Shown piece after piece: positions 53,260-64,000 of a stretch of 64,000 nt of DNA. The position numbers were made by a program, and so were the translations under genes. Source of the stretch: Rebecca billardiae RCC1528. Lineage: Eukaryota > Protista > Haptophyta. The stretch is taken from contig OZ251222.1 in assembly GCA_965240325.2 (NCBI GenBank), forward strand, positions 1,612,001 through 1,676,000, read 5' to 3'. How positions within the stretch are numbered: position 1 is the first letter of the stretch; every line of letters begins with the position of its first letter. The notes beneath the pieces are model-generated. The model worked only from the letters and a program-made list of their open reading frames with translations. It made no database searches and was not told the origin of the DNA.

Positions 53260-54726
53260 ATGGCGCCGCCATCGACTGCTGCAGGAGCCCTCCTTTGGGC
53301 AGCACTGCTGGTCACAGGATCGCCGACGATCAACCTGCGGAAAGGACTGCGGTCGGAGGACTATGCGTGGATGCGTCGCTACGCGCCCGCGGCTCTGACC
53401 ACGCTGCCGCACGAGTACGAGCGCGCGCTCGCCGCGAGCCCCGCCCCGCCGGCCGCGCTCGGTGCCGGCGCTGGCGCGCCGGCACCCTCGGATCCCCGCT
53501 TGCGACGCTTCGGCACGGTGCACAGGCGGCTCGCCGAGCACGCCGAATTGTCGCTCATCAGCTCGTTCGAGCTGCAGCACGCCCACGACCTCGACCTGTA
53601 CGACCCTGCCGAGTGGAGCTGGAGGCGCGGGCTCAACTTCTCGCTGGCCGCGATGCTGCCCGCCGACGTCGCGAGCTCGGACGCGTACCTGGGCGAGTTC
53701 GGGCCGGAGCCGAGCGCCCGGGCGGCGCCGCGCCCTCCGAATGGCTCGCTCCTCGGCGCGGCGCGCCCGCCGCCGCCGCTCGACTGGGTCGAGAGCGGCA
53801 TCGTGCCCGCAGACGTGTGGGACCAGGGCATGTGCGCGAGCTGCTGGGCCTTTGTGGCCGCCGACGCCGTCGCCGCGGCAAACGCGCTGGCTGCGCCCGC
53901 CGCCTCCGCGCCCGCGAGCCTGTCGAGCCAGCAGATCGTCTCGTGCGACGACCCGACCGCCTACGGCTGCCTCGGCGGCACGCCCGCGCAGGCGCTCACG
54001 TACGCGCGCACGGAAGCCGTGAAGCCCGCCGAGGCCTACCCTTACGCGTCCTACTCCGGGCAGCAGCCGCCGCCTGCGTGCCGCTTGCACCCGGGGCACG
54101 CGTCGGCGCGCCGGCAGGCCCTCAAGGTCGGCGGCTACCGCTCCGTGCGCAAGGGGGACGAGGACGCGATGCTGAGCGCGCTGCAGCACGCGCCGCTCGC
54201 CGTCGGGATCGACGCTGACTCGTTTGAGTTCCTGCACTACCGCAAGGGCGTGCTCGACGTGCCCGCGTGCGGCACGGGCCTGAATCACGCGGTGCTCATC
54301 GTCGGGCACGGCGTCGACGGCGGCCTGCCGTACTGGCGCGTGAAGAACTCGTGGGGCGAGTCGTGGGGCGAGGCCGGGTTCATGCGCCTCGCGCGGGGCC
54401 GCAACATGTGCGGCATCGCCGACCTCGTCGTGTACGCCGTCGCGCCCGGCAGCGACGACGGCGCGGGCGGCAGCTTCTCGTGGTCGTCGCACGGATTCCT
54501 TGGGAGCAACGCGCGTACCATCGCGGCGGCGGCGGGTGTCGTGCTGCTTCTGGGCATCGCCGCCTGTGCTGCGTCGTCGTCGTGGAGGCACGCCGGCGCG
54601 CGCGGGGCGGCGGCGGGTGCGGCGGCGAAGCCCACGCTCTCCTTCTCGATGCCAGCTGTGGGCGCGGCGCCCCTGAAGCCGCCGGCAGGCGTGGAGAAAC
54701 CGGGCCAGGCACAAGCCCTGCGATAA
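53260..54726 (+). CDS. Papain-family (C1A) cysteine protease with signal peptide and C-terminal TM anchor
   Basis: Catalytic motifs WDQGMCASCWAF (Gln/Cys), LNHAVLIVGHG (His) and YWRVKNSWGESWGEAGF (Asn). Signal peptide from ATG 53260 (upstream in-frame ATG at 53227). TM IAAAAGVVLLLGIAACAA. Confidence 0.93.
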   Translation: MAPPSTAAGALLWAALLVTGSPTINLRKGLRSEDYAWMRRYAPAALTTLPHEYERALAASPAPPAALGAGAGAPAPSDPRLRRFGTVHRRLAEHAELSLISSFELQHAHDLDLYDPAEWSWRRGLNFSLAAMLPADVASSDAYLGEFGPEPSARAAPRPPNGSLLGAARPPPPLDWVESGIVPADVWDQGMCASCWAFVAADAVAAANALAAPAASAPASLSSQQIVSCDDPTAYGCLGGTPAQALTYARTEAVKPAEAYPYASYSGQQPPPACRLHPGHASARRQALKVGGYRSVRKGDEDAMLSALQHAPLAVGIDADSFEFLHYRKGVLDVPACGTGLNHAVLIVGHGVDGGLPYWRVKNSWGESWGEAGFMRLARGRNMCGIADLVVYAVAPGSDDGAGGSFSWSSHGFLGSNARTIAAAAGVVLLLGIAACAASSSWRHAGARGAAAGAAAKPTLSFSMPAVGAAPLKPPAGVEKPGQAQALR

Positions 54727-55200
54727 GTTTCTCGTAGTCGTCGTCATCATCATTATAATCACTGGTGACTTAGAAAGTCATCCGATCAGCGAGCGACTAC
54801 GGGCTGCACTGTCAATAAGCCGCCACCATGCACGGGTCCGCGGGCCTTTCGAGTTTTGACCGTACTGTGAGCTACAGTATAGCAACTATAGCATCATCAT
54901 CAGTCTAGCTACTAGCTATAGTCAGCTGATGCCTGATGATGGCTCCCTTCACTTCACTTTCCGACGAGGCGCGCTACTCAGTACCCTAGCTTATACGCTG
55001 CTCCTGGGTGACCTGCGTGAGACCGTGTCAGGCGGTACGTTGCCGTCTGAGCTTGTAGTAAATGTACATAATGCTGACTAATAATTCGGTCGTGCGAGTG
55101 CTCGTGGGCAGTCGTGGCCGTGGGCGTCGAGAGCTGCGCGCGTTCGATGGCACGCGCGGCCCTGGCGACAAGCGCGCACCCCCCCCCGGCTGAGGAGGTT

Positions 55201-56694
55201 TCACCCATCCACGACTACGGGCCCTTGAAGCAGAAGCGGCGGCAGCGGCTCGATCCGCACGAGCGCGTTCCGCCCGTCCAGGTTCTCGCCCGCAGCCCAG
55301 TCAGCCGCTTGGTCGACGGCCGGTCGCGGCAGGGTGAGGCCGCGGCCGAGCGCGGCCGACTGCCTGCCGCACGAATGCACAGAGCCGTCCGCCGTGACGT
55401 ACAGCGCGTGATCGTCCCCAAACGTGCAGCCCATCACGTGCTCGTGCGCAAGCGCCTGCACGCGGCTCGGCGGCAAGGTGATCCCTGAGCCTGGATGGCC
55501 GAGAGCGCCCGCCCAGTTGTCACCAAAGGTGTGCAGGCTGCCATCCGCGCCCAGCACCGCGCTGCATGTTGCCCCGGCGGCGGCGTGCACCGCGTGCACG
55601 CCCGCCAGCGCCTCGATCCGTCTGGGTTCGAGCTGGGTCTCCGAGTCGCCATGACCAAGGCAGCCGCAGTCGCCACGGCCGAAGGAGTGCGCTCCACCCT
55701 CTCTGTCCAACACCAGGCTGTGGGCAAAGCCCGCGCTCACGCGCACAGCGAACACGCCGGCGAGCATCTCGATGCGCCTCGGCACGCTGCGATACTGCGT
55801 CCGATCGCCGTGCCCGAGCTCGCCGTTACCGTTTGCGCCGCACGAGTACACGGCGCCGCTGGCCGAGAGCAGCAGCATGTGCTCACCGCCGGCAGAGATG
55901 CCGCCCACGCGCACACCGTCCAGCGCCTCGACGCGCGTCGGCTCCCACCGCTCCTCCTCGTCGCCGTGGCCGAGCTGGCCGCAGGGATTGCTGCCCCAGC
56001 TGTACGCCCAGCCCGCGGTGCTGAGCGCGAGGCTGTACAGCCCGCCAGCGCTGATGCAGACCGCGGCCTCATTCGCCGGCAGGTGCGCCTGCCGGCACGA
56101 ATAGCGTGTGTCGGAGTCGCCCAGACCGAGCTGGCCGAACTCATTGTCGCCGCACGCCCACACGGCGCCGGCGTCGCTGAGCGCGAGCAGGTGGCTGAGG
56201 CCAGCGGCCACCGCGCTCACGCGCACTGCCACGAGCGAGGCGACGCGCGTCGGGCGCGACACGCTTCCCGACTCCTCCGCATGCGCCACTGCCACAGGCG
56301 AGCAGGACCCACCGTTACCGCTGCCCTCCTCCTCCTCCTCGCCGCACGTGAGCAGCCCGCCCTCCGCGTCCACAAAGGCGCTGAACGGGGAGAGGTCGAA
56401 ACCCCCCGCAGCCACGACGTGCGCATGCGCACGCGCGACCACGAGCACGCGCTCGCGCGAGAGAAGCTCTGCCGTCCACGTGCGCGGCCCCTCCGGCATT
56501 GCGGCCGGCAGCACGTGCCCGCGCGCGTGCGCACGCACACGCAGCGCGTGCTCGACCGGCGAGGGGCCACCGGGCAAGCCGCGAAAGAGACGTGAAGCGG
56601 CGTTGGCGCGGGCGAGGTCACGCGGTGCAAGCGCGAGCATGACTCGCTCGACAACCTCAGCAGGCAAGTCCGCGAACTGCCGCACGGCCGCCAT
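55201..56694 (-). CDS. F-box protein with RCC1 repeats
   Basis: F-box FADLPAEVVERVMLALAPRDLARANAASRLFR. Repeated RCC1 blades (VAAGLSHLLAL...VWACGDNEFGQLGLGD; SWGSNPCGQLGHGD; SCGANGNGELGHGD). Intronless. Confidence 0.9.
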   Translation of the reverse strand: MAAVRQFADLPAEVVERVMLALAPRDLARANAASRLFRGLPGGPSPVEHALRVRAHARGHVLPAAMPEGPRTWTAELLSRERVLVVARAHAHVVAAGGFDLSPFSAFVDAEGGLLTCGEEEEEGSGNGGSCSPVAVAHAEESGSVSRPTRVASLVAVRVSAVAAGLSHLLALSDAGAVWACGDNEFGQLGLGDSDTRYSCRQAHLPANEAAVCISAGGLYSLALSTAGWAYSWGSNPCGQLGHGDEEERWEPTRVEALDGVRVGGISAGGEHMLLLSASGAVYSCGANGNGELGHGDRTQYRSVPRRIEMLAGVFAVRVSAGFAHSLVLDREGGAHSFGRGDCGCLGHGDSETQLEPRRIEALAGVHAVHAAAGATCSAVLGADGSLHTFGDNWAGALGHPGSGITLPPSRVQALAHEHVMGCTFGDDHALYVTADGSVHSCGRQSAALGRGLTLPRPAVDQAADWAAGENLDGRNALVRIEPLPPLLLQGPVVVDG

Positions 56695-56927
56695 TTTCGC
56701 GTCCGCAGCACGCGGCACGCGGGTCGCCTTTCCGTCGCCTTTCGAGTTTCGATACAACCGCTACCAGTATCTCCGTTATTATGCGGGCCGCCGCCATTGC
56801 TGACCATCGCCCCATTGACGTTACTTGTCCGATATACGGCCTACTTGTACTCGTCTGCAGGCGCCGTGCGCCCTGCGGAGCTGGCCCCGGTTCTCTGGGG
56901 CCGCGCAGGCACGGCAGCGGGGGCGGG

Positions 56928-59900
56928 ATGGCCGTCGAGCGCAAAAGCAGCGGTGCGGCGATGGTCCCCTCGGCGCAGCCCGCCCGGGCCGCCCGCGCCG
57001 CGCACACCGCCGAGTCGGCCCGGCCGAGCACGACGCAGCCAGCGTTCGGCAGAACACAACCGCCTCCCCAGCACGATCGGTCAGCAGATCAGCCCGAGCG
57101 CAAGCCACGAGCGAGCTTCGCGCCAGAGGTGCAGCTCGAGAGAGCCTCACTCGTGCGGCAGCAAGTTCGTGCTCGGCGCGCGGAGAAGCGGCGCAACGCG
57201 CCGATCCTCCAGCAGCAGGCTGGGCTCGGGGCCCTTGTGCGGCTCGAAGCGGGGCTATGGCCAAGCCCGCAGGGAGGGGACTACGCTCCGGAGGAGAACG
57301 ACCGAGGCGACGGGCAAGGCCCGATGGGCCGGTACGCAAAGACGTTGGGTACATCGGCCCAGGGTGGCAACTCGGAGATGCTCATGCATCAAGTCAGCGC
57401 GATGGTGCACGAGCACGCCGCGCGTCCACTGCCATTCCTGCTGTCGACGCAGCACAATCGGGCCGACGAGTTCTTGCAGGCGGGCAGGCACGTGCTCGAG
57501 GTCGAGCATGCGCTCGCAGCGCAGCCGGAGCGCACCGAAACGTCAGCGCAGGTCGTGGTGCTCGCGGCTGAGCGCAGCGGCGGCACCGGCGCGGGGGCCG
57601 CCGTGGGCAGTCAGCCAGCGCCGGTCCACGCGTCGTCACTCGACGTGGCTGTCGACTCGCCCGAGCCGGCGCCCGAGAATATCAAGCAGGTCGGCTCGTC
57701 CGCCTCGTCGCCCCGCAAGCAGGCGTCGCCGCTCAAGCAGGGAGGCGTCGTGCTACCGAGCGCGCTGGAGCCCGGCGAGCTCCCCGCCTCGAGCTCGGTC
57801 GACAACGCCAACCCCGCGAACTTCATGTCGGCGGTGCAGGCGGCCTTGTCGGCGTCGGCGGCGGTGAGAGCCGAGGCCGGTGGCGCACAGCCCGCGATCA
57901 GCAGCGCGGCCCGTGCTCTCGTCGATCTGTCGCCCAGGCGCAGGTCGGGGCCGATGCCAGTGACAGCGGCGGATGCGTTCAAGGCGGGCGAGTACGAGAT
58001 GGCCCTTGCCTTTGCGGACGCGCGGCTCGAGCGAGAGCCCAACAGCGCCGCTATGCGGCGCCTCAAGGGGCGCATCCACGGGAAGCGGGCCGAGCACGAC
58101 AGCGCAGCCCTCGAGGCGTTGCGCGCGGTCGACCTCGAGCCGAACAACCCCGTGTCGCACATGCAGCGAGCGAACGCGCTGGCTCACCTCGGGCGCATGC
58201 CTGCCGCGGGCTCATCCATGCTCTCTGCGCTCAAGCTCGAGCCCCTCGGCCAGCTGAGCACGGCGCAGGACAAGTACAGCGGCCTGCTCTCGAGCCTGCG
58301 GCGCACGCGCGAGTACTACGCCTCGCAGCGCCCGCTCGGCCTGGCGGCCAACGCTGTGCAGCCGACGGTGGGCGCGAGCTTACCCTCCCTCGAGCCGCTG
58401 CGCGTGCCTTCGATCTCACCGCCGGGTGCCGAGAGCCACGCGACTCGGAAGAGTGGCCTCCGTCGCGTCTTCGACGAGCGCCGCGTGTGGGTGGAGGACG
58501 ACAGCGACAGGCCAGCACGCCCTGCTCGTCAGGCGGAGCCGGTGGTGCCGCCGCTCGGAGGGGCCGAGGCCGGGCCTCTCGAGCAGCGCGGCGAGCGCGC
58601 GGCCCGCGCACGCCCAATCGCGCCAAACCCGAGCGAAAGGCATGCGCCGAAGTCCGGCACGGTCGCGGCGCCGAGCAGCGCGCCCCCGATCACAGCCAGG
58701 CCTCCGCTCACAGTCGTGTACGTGGCCAAGCACCAGATCACCGTGTCCGTCCAAGCCGAGGAAGACAGCACGGCGGCGGAGGGCGGCGAGATGGGCAGCG
58801 CGCGCGGCGCCGCGCCGGCGCGCGCCATTGCCAGCGACGACGCCTTCGAGCCGTCGCTGCGCGTGCGGCTGTGGCTGTGCGCGATCGTCGTCGAGTGGGA
58901 CGAGCAGCGCGCGACGCTGGTGTCGGGCCATGGGGAGTGGCACGACGTGCCACTCGCCGAGGTGCAGAGCGGCGGCCGGCGCGTGATCATCATCGACAAG
59001 CTGCGGACGAACACAGCGTACCAGCTGTGCGCGTGCTTCGTGGACGACGCGGACGGGCGGGTCGGCCCACCGACCAAGGTGCAGGTGACGACGCTCAGCG
59101 AGGAGGCGCGGCTGATCGACCACGCCGACATTCCGGACTCGTGGCGCAACATCCCGCTCGAGGACGTGCCGGCGGAGCAGAGCAAGCTGGCGAACAAGCC
59201 CGACTTCAACGCGATGCGGCTCGCGGCCGTGCGCAGCCACAACGCCATGGAGCAGCTGCGTGGCGCGATCGTCGACGTGCTGCGGCGCCACCGCCAGCTG
59301 CTCGTCAGCGCGTTCCGCTACGCGTGCCTGCTCGTCGCGCTCGAATCGGACGACGGCAACAAGGCGATGCTGGAGGTGGAGCGCACGCGCACGCGGCTCC
59401 GAAAGCAGTACGACCTGCAGCCGCGCAAGATCATTATTGTGCTCTCGCCCGGGCCGAACATCGAGTCGGTGAAGGCGCTGCTGGTGGCGGCGCGGCTGCA
59501 CATCGAGGGCGCGTGCGAGCTCGTCGCGGTCGTGTGCAACGGCGGCGGCACCAAGGAGGTGGCGACGCAGCGCACCATCCTCGCGCGCGCGCTGCTCAAC
59601 TCGCAGCGCATGTACGACGTCCCGATTGGGATCGGCGAGCCGTCGGGCAAGCCGTACAAGGCGCCGCCGCACGAGTACTCGTTCCCTGGGTACACCAAGG
59701 TGGACCGCGCGAAGCTGCGCGACGGGCAGGAGGTGCTGCGCGACGTGCTTGAAGCCGCCGAGCCGCGCAGCCTCACGTTCGTGCTCCTCTCCGCGCTCTC
59801 GGACATGGCCAAGCTGATCACCTCGGAGCACCAGCAGACGCTGTACAGCAAGGTGGCGCTGGTGACGACGATGGGCGGGTGCGTGCTGCACTGGGGCGAG

Positions 59901-61988
59901 GCGGAGGGCGAGGGCGCGGCGCCGCGGATGCGCGGGCACGACCGGCCCGAGGCGATCACGCCGGACAACGCGGCGAACAACCAGCTCGACCCGGACGCCG
60001 CGAGCGTCGTGTACTCGTGGTGCCTCGAGAAGCACATCCCACTGCGCGTGATCGGGCGCGAGGCGATCTGCGACGTGCCGATGCGCATCTTCAAGCAGAT
60101 GGCCGAGGCGCACCCGCATGACCCCGTGATGAAGTACATCCGCACGGGGCAGGAGCAGGGGCTGATCGGGCTGTGGAAGCGCGTGTGCCGCGGCGAGATC
60201 CCGAACTGCGACAGGAAGTGGTTCTTCGAGTGCGCGCGCATGTGCCAAGCGAGCGTGTGCCGCGAGCCTCGTGCGCTGCCGCGCACCGCCGCGCGCCGCA
60301 CTAATGAGCTCGCCGCGCGTGCGTCGGCCCTGCCCGCGCGCCCGCCCCGGGGCTGGCCCTCCGCAGCAAGTTCTGCGGCGTTGCGGAGGCGGAGTTCGAG
60401 CGGCGCGGCTTCGACAAGCTGACCGAGGCGTTCCAGATCGAGCGCCGGCTCGACGGCACGGTGAAGCCGTACGACGCGGTCGCGCTGCTGCTCGCGCTCG
60501 CGCCCGAGGACTCGGCCAACGCCTTCTTCGCCTTCCGCAAGAACAAGCGCGCGCCCGGCGTGTTTGTCTTTGAGGAGAAGGAGTACATGGTGCCGTCTGC
60601 GCCGGTGATCGAGGTGTTCCAGCAGACGCTGGTGGCCGTCGTCCGCAGCAAAGCCGCGGGCTTCGCGCGCTTCCGCCCGCGGCGCAACGAGTTTGAAGGG
60701 CCGCTCTCTCACAGCGTGACCATGGGCAGCTTTGTGCGCTTTGCGAGACAGTGCGCGCCGCGGCGCCGCGCGCGCGCGCACCCTCGCGTCGTTGGCCGGC
60801 GCGTGGCGCAGCACTCGTCCGACGCTGGTCCACGTGACCCGCCCGCGCGGCGCGCGCGCGCTCGTGCGCTCGGCAGGTGCCAGATCGTCGAGCCCCCGTC
60901 GATCACCCTGGTGAAGGTGGAGCGTGCGTTCATGCAGACCACGCGCCTCATCCAGCTCGCGCAGCCGTCGGATGACGGCGACGACGACCACCAGCTCGGG
61001 CTGCGGGACTTCATCGCGGGGCTCGTGCGGCTGGCGCAGATGAAGTACGCCGAGCAGATGACCCCGGTCGAGGGCTTAGAGAAGCTGATCAACCTCATCG
61101 GCGAGCACATGCCCTTGTCGACGAGTGCGCGCACACTCGCTCGCGGCGTGTGCCCTGGGAGGGCGAGCCGGCGTGGCAGTCGCACGCTCAGCTCACGCCG
61201 CCGCGCCCTCCCCCCCCGCACGCCAAACCGCGCGCGCAGAGATGGAGGACGACTTCTTGCACCGCGCGATGACCCCCTCGGTGCGCGCCATGCTGATCAA
61301 GTGGCAGCCCGCGCTGCGCGAGATCTTCGACACGTACGCGTCGTTTGGCCGCGCGCACGAGACGTCCATCCGGCGGCAGGAGCGCATCGACGTGACGGAC
61401 CTGCACGTGCTCGCGCAGGACGCGGGGCTGCTCGACAAGCTGAGCGTGTCTGATCTGGTCGCGCTCTTCGTGCAGACACGCGCTGACCAGGAGCCTCTCG
61501 AGAACGACGCCGACAGCGACGCGTCGAGCGCATACACGCAGCTCGAGTTCTGGGAGTTCAACGAGTGGATCGCGCGCGTGTGCCACGCGCACGCGCTGAA
61601 GGCGCGCGGCAAGCCTGCAGGTATCCTGCACGTCGTGCCGCAGGCGGCGACGCCGGTGATGCAGACGCGCTTCGCAAACGTCGCGACGCTGGCGTCCGGT
61701 GGCAAGCCGCGCCACGGGACGCCCAAGGCGGGAGACCGGCGGGGCCAGCTGCGCGTGAGCCTGCTCGACGCTGGCCGCTCGCTCGCCAAATCGACGGTCT
61801 CGCTGAAGGCAGCCGCCGAGAGCGCGCGAGAGATCGGCCCCGCGGATGAGTCAGGCGGAGACGAGACTGCGGCCGCGCTGATCTGTGACGAGCTGGACCG
61901 ATGGATCAGCGGCGAGCTGCTGCCGCGGCTCCGCCCCGTGATGCAGCGCAAGGCGCAGGACCTTGCGCTGAGCGCCCTCGGTGACTGA
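56928..61988 (+). CDS. Multidomain protein: TPR repeats, FN3-like domain, degenerate nucleoside-hydrolase-like domain and tandem EF-hand-like helical repeats (copy A)
   Basis: Exons 56928-60229, 60367-60750, 60877-61124 and 61240-61988 are phase-consistent. TPR AFKAGEYEMALA...AVDLEPNNPVSHMQRANAL; FN3 IIDKLRTNTAYQL; NH-like ELVAVVCN...DVPIGIG, TMGG, PDNAANNQLDPDAA, PYDAVALL; EF-like LEFWEFNEWIARV. Confidence 0.8.
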
Positions 61989-62154
61989 CACTGCTGACGA
62001 CTGCTGCTGATGATGAGCGACATCTACTTGGCGCCGCGGCTGCTACTACTATACAGGCTGCATATATCGTCGTCGCCGTTTGCCACTACACTATGTCTAC
62101 GGGTACGGGCCCCTCCTGGCTCCTGCGTAGCGCTCAAGTGATATGCTGCGCTGT

Positions 62155-64000
62155 TCACCGCGACGAGGTTGCCTTGCCCTTGGACCGCTGCTTGAACGAC
62201 GATGCGGGGGTGCGCTGATGCTGGCGGAAGGATCCCGCGGGCGTCTCATCGACGACCACCTGGGCTGCGCGCATCGAGAACTCCTGGAGCGCGTGCTCCT
62301 CCATCCTGCGCTGCAGCGCGGGCAGCACAGCCGCGAGGAAGACGCGCTGAAGCCACTCGTCCAGCCTCACCTCGAACGGCCGCCCGTCGGGGGCCGGGCC
62401 GCTCGGCACGGCGCTGCTGGCGCTGGCGCTCTTCTTTGCCGCCATGCCGGCGCGAAAGCGCTTCAGCGCGGCGAGCGGCGCGTCCTCGTCGGCCGGGTCC
62501 GGCTCCACCGGCGCGCCGCCCTCGTGCGCGTCCTGCCCGAGCCCGGCGAGCGTGGCCGTGTACCGCTCGAGCACCGATGTTGTCCCCGCCTGCCGGCCGA
62601 GTGGCTTCCCCGGCCTCGGCTTGGGCGGCCCGCTCGTGTGCAGCTCGCACAGCCGCGCGACGAACTCGGCGTACTCGTGGTAGGTGAGCTCGAACGCGAC
62701 CATGTCGTCGAGGTCGTTCACGGGCTCCTGGTCGGCGCGCGTCTGCGTGAAGAGCGTCAGCACGTGCTGCGCGCTCAGCTGGCCGGGCGCGCCGCCCACC
62801 AGCCCGCCGTCTCGCGCGATCACGAGTAGGTCGACTGCGCGGATGTGCGAGACGGGCTGCCGGCTGACGGCGAATGCGCTCTTGCCCGCGGAGGAGTAGC
62901 CGCCGAAGACGAGGCGCAGCTCCGCGCCCCAGCGCGAGAGGATCGCGCGCGCCGCGGGCGTGAGCGTCGCGTGCAAGAATGGGTCCTCGGCCTTTGCGTG
63001 CAGCGGCAGGTTGGGTCCGAGCAGGGTGATGAGCATCTGCTCGAACGCGTCGGCGAGCGTGAGGTTGGCCGAGCGACCGCCGCCGCCGCGCTGCGCGTGC
63101 TTGTGCGCCGCGACGCGGATCAGCGCGCCGATGAAGTCGGGGATCGAGAGCAGCTCCTCCGCGGCGACGACGCCCTCGCCGTCATCTGCGCCGCCGCCCT
63201 CGGCCGAGCCAGGCTTTGCCAGCGTGCGCTGCCGCACTGTCTCGAGGAACGCCTTTTCGACCGTGAGCTGCGTCACGGCGGGCGGGTGCACGATCTGGCA
63301 CGAGAGGCAGAGCTGCGTGAACGCGTGCAGGCTCGCGCCCATCGCGATCGGCGGGCGCGTCGCGTCGGCCGACTGCGGCCGGTACCTGGCCCACCCCGCC
63401 GTGCGCGAGCGCGCGACCGCGACCAGCGTCTGCTGGAACACCTCGACGACCGGCGCGGACGGCACCATGTGCACCACGTCTGAGAAGATGAAGATGGACG
63501 GCGCCTGCTTCGCCGCGCGGAACGCGAAGACGCGCGCCGACTCCTCCGACGACATGGCGAGCAGCAGCGCGACCGCGTCGTACGGCTTAATCGTGCCGTC
63601 GAGCCTGCGCTCAATCTGGAAGGATTCGCTCAGCTTGTCGAAGCCGCGCCGCTCGAACTCCGCCTCCACCACCCCGCAGAACTTGCTGCGGCCGCGGCGC
63701 GCGGCGGCGCGGGCAGGGCGGCGGCGGCGGCAGCACAGCGCCGCGGTGCGCGCGGGGGCAGGGTGAGCACGCGCGCGTAAAGCGTCTCGTCGGGTGCGCG
63801 TCCCCACGGTGGGGGCGACGCGCGCGCGCCCGCGGCGCGGCGCAGGCACGCGGCATGGCACGCGCACGCGCGGCGCAGCTGCGCGGCGCTCGCGAGCACA
63901 CGCACACAAAGAACCACTTCTTGTCGCAGTTCGGGATCTCGCCGCGGCACACGCGCTTCCACAGCCCGATCAGCCCCTGCTCCTGCCCCGTGCGGATGTA
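62155..64000 (-). CDS. Inverted paralogue of the 56928-61988 gene (copy B); 5' part lies beyond the window
   Basis: Exon >64000-63906, intron 63905-63686, exon 63685-62155. The sequence YIRTGQEQGLIGLWKRVCRGEIPNCDKKWFF|KFCGVVEAEFERRGFDKL...KPYDAVALLLA aligns with copy A, with the intron at the same position. Confidence 0.85.

Noticed and set aside
55201-56694. UVR8 photoreceptor
   Set aside because: It lacks the GWRHT tryptophan motifs and has an N-terminal F-box, so it is a generic F-box/RCC1 protein.

Overview
This is a very GC-rich, intron-containing eukaryotic nuclear window. It is most consistent with a haptophyte alga (Pavlovales-like), inferred from an LHCX antenna gene, a single-domain voltage-gated channel and short GC-rich introns with GTGCGC...GCGCAG ends. 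About 20 protein-coding genes can be supported, many arranged as tight divergent or convergent pairs. In order they are: LHCX, WDR90/POC16, a C-type lectin, a giant LRR-extensin-IPT-REJ-GPS polycystin-1-like receptor, a GT-B glycosyltransferase and a repeat-rich coiled-coil protein. A run of metabolic genes follows (2OG-Fe dioxygenase, AdoMet decarboxylase, sulfotransferase, old yellow enzyme, lysophospholipid acyltransferase, SLC35B transporter), with a TUSC2-like gene among them. The last genes are a single-domain Nav/Cav-type channel, a papain protease, an F-box/RCC1 protein and an inverted pair of paralogues carrying a degenerate nucleoside-hydrolase domain inserted into an EF-hand-like repeat. 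Non-coding features include a 1.72-kb non-autonomous DNA transposon (13-bp TIRs, 7-bp TSD), two long inverted repeats and several tandem repeats. Most long ORFs in the six-frame track are antisense or frame shadows caused by high GC. No rRNA, tRNA or CRISPR array was seen. Exon boundaries were read by eye and checked for phase; no database searches were run.
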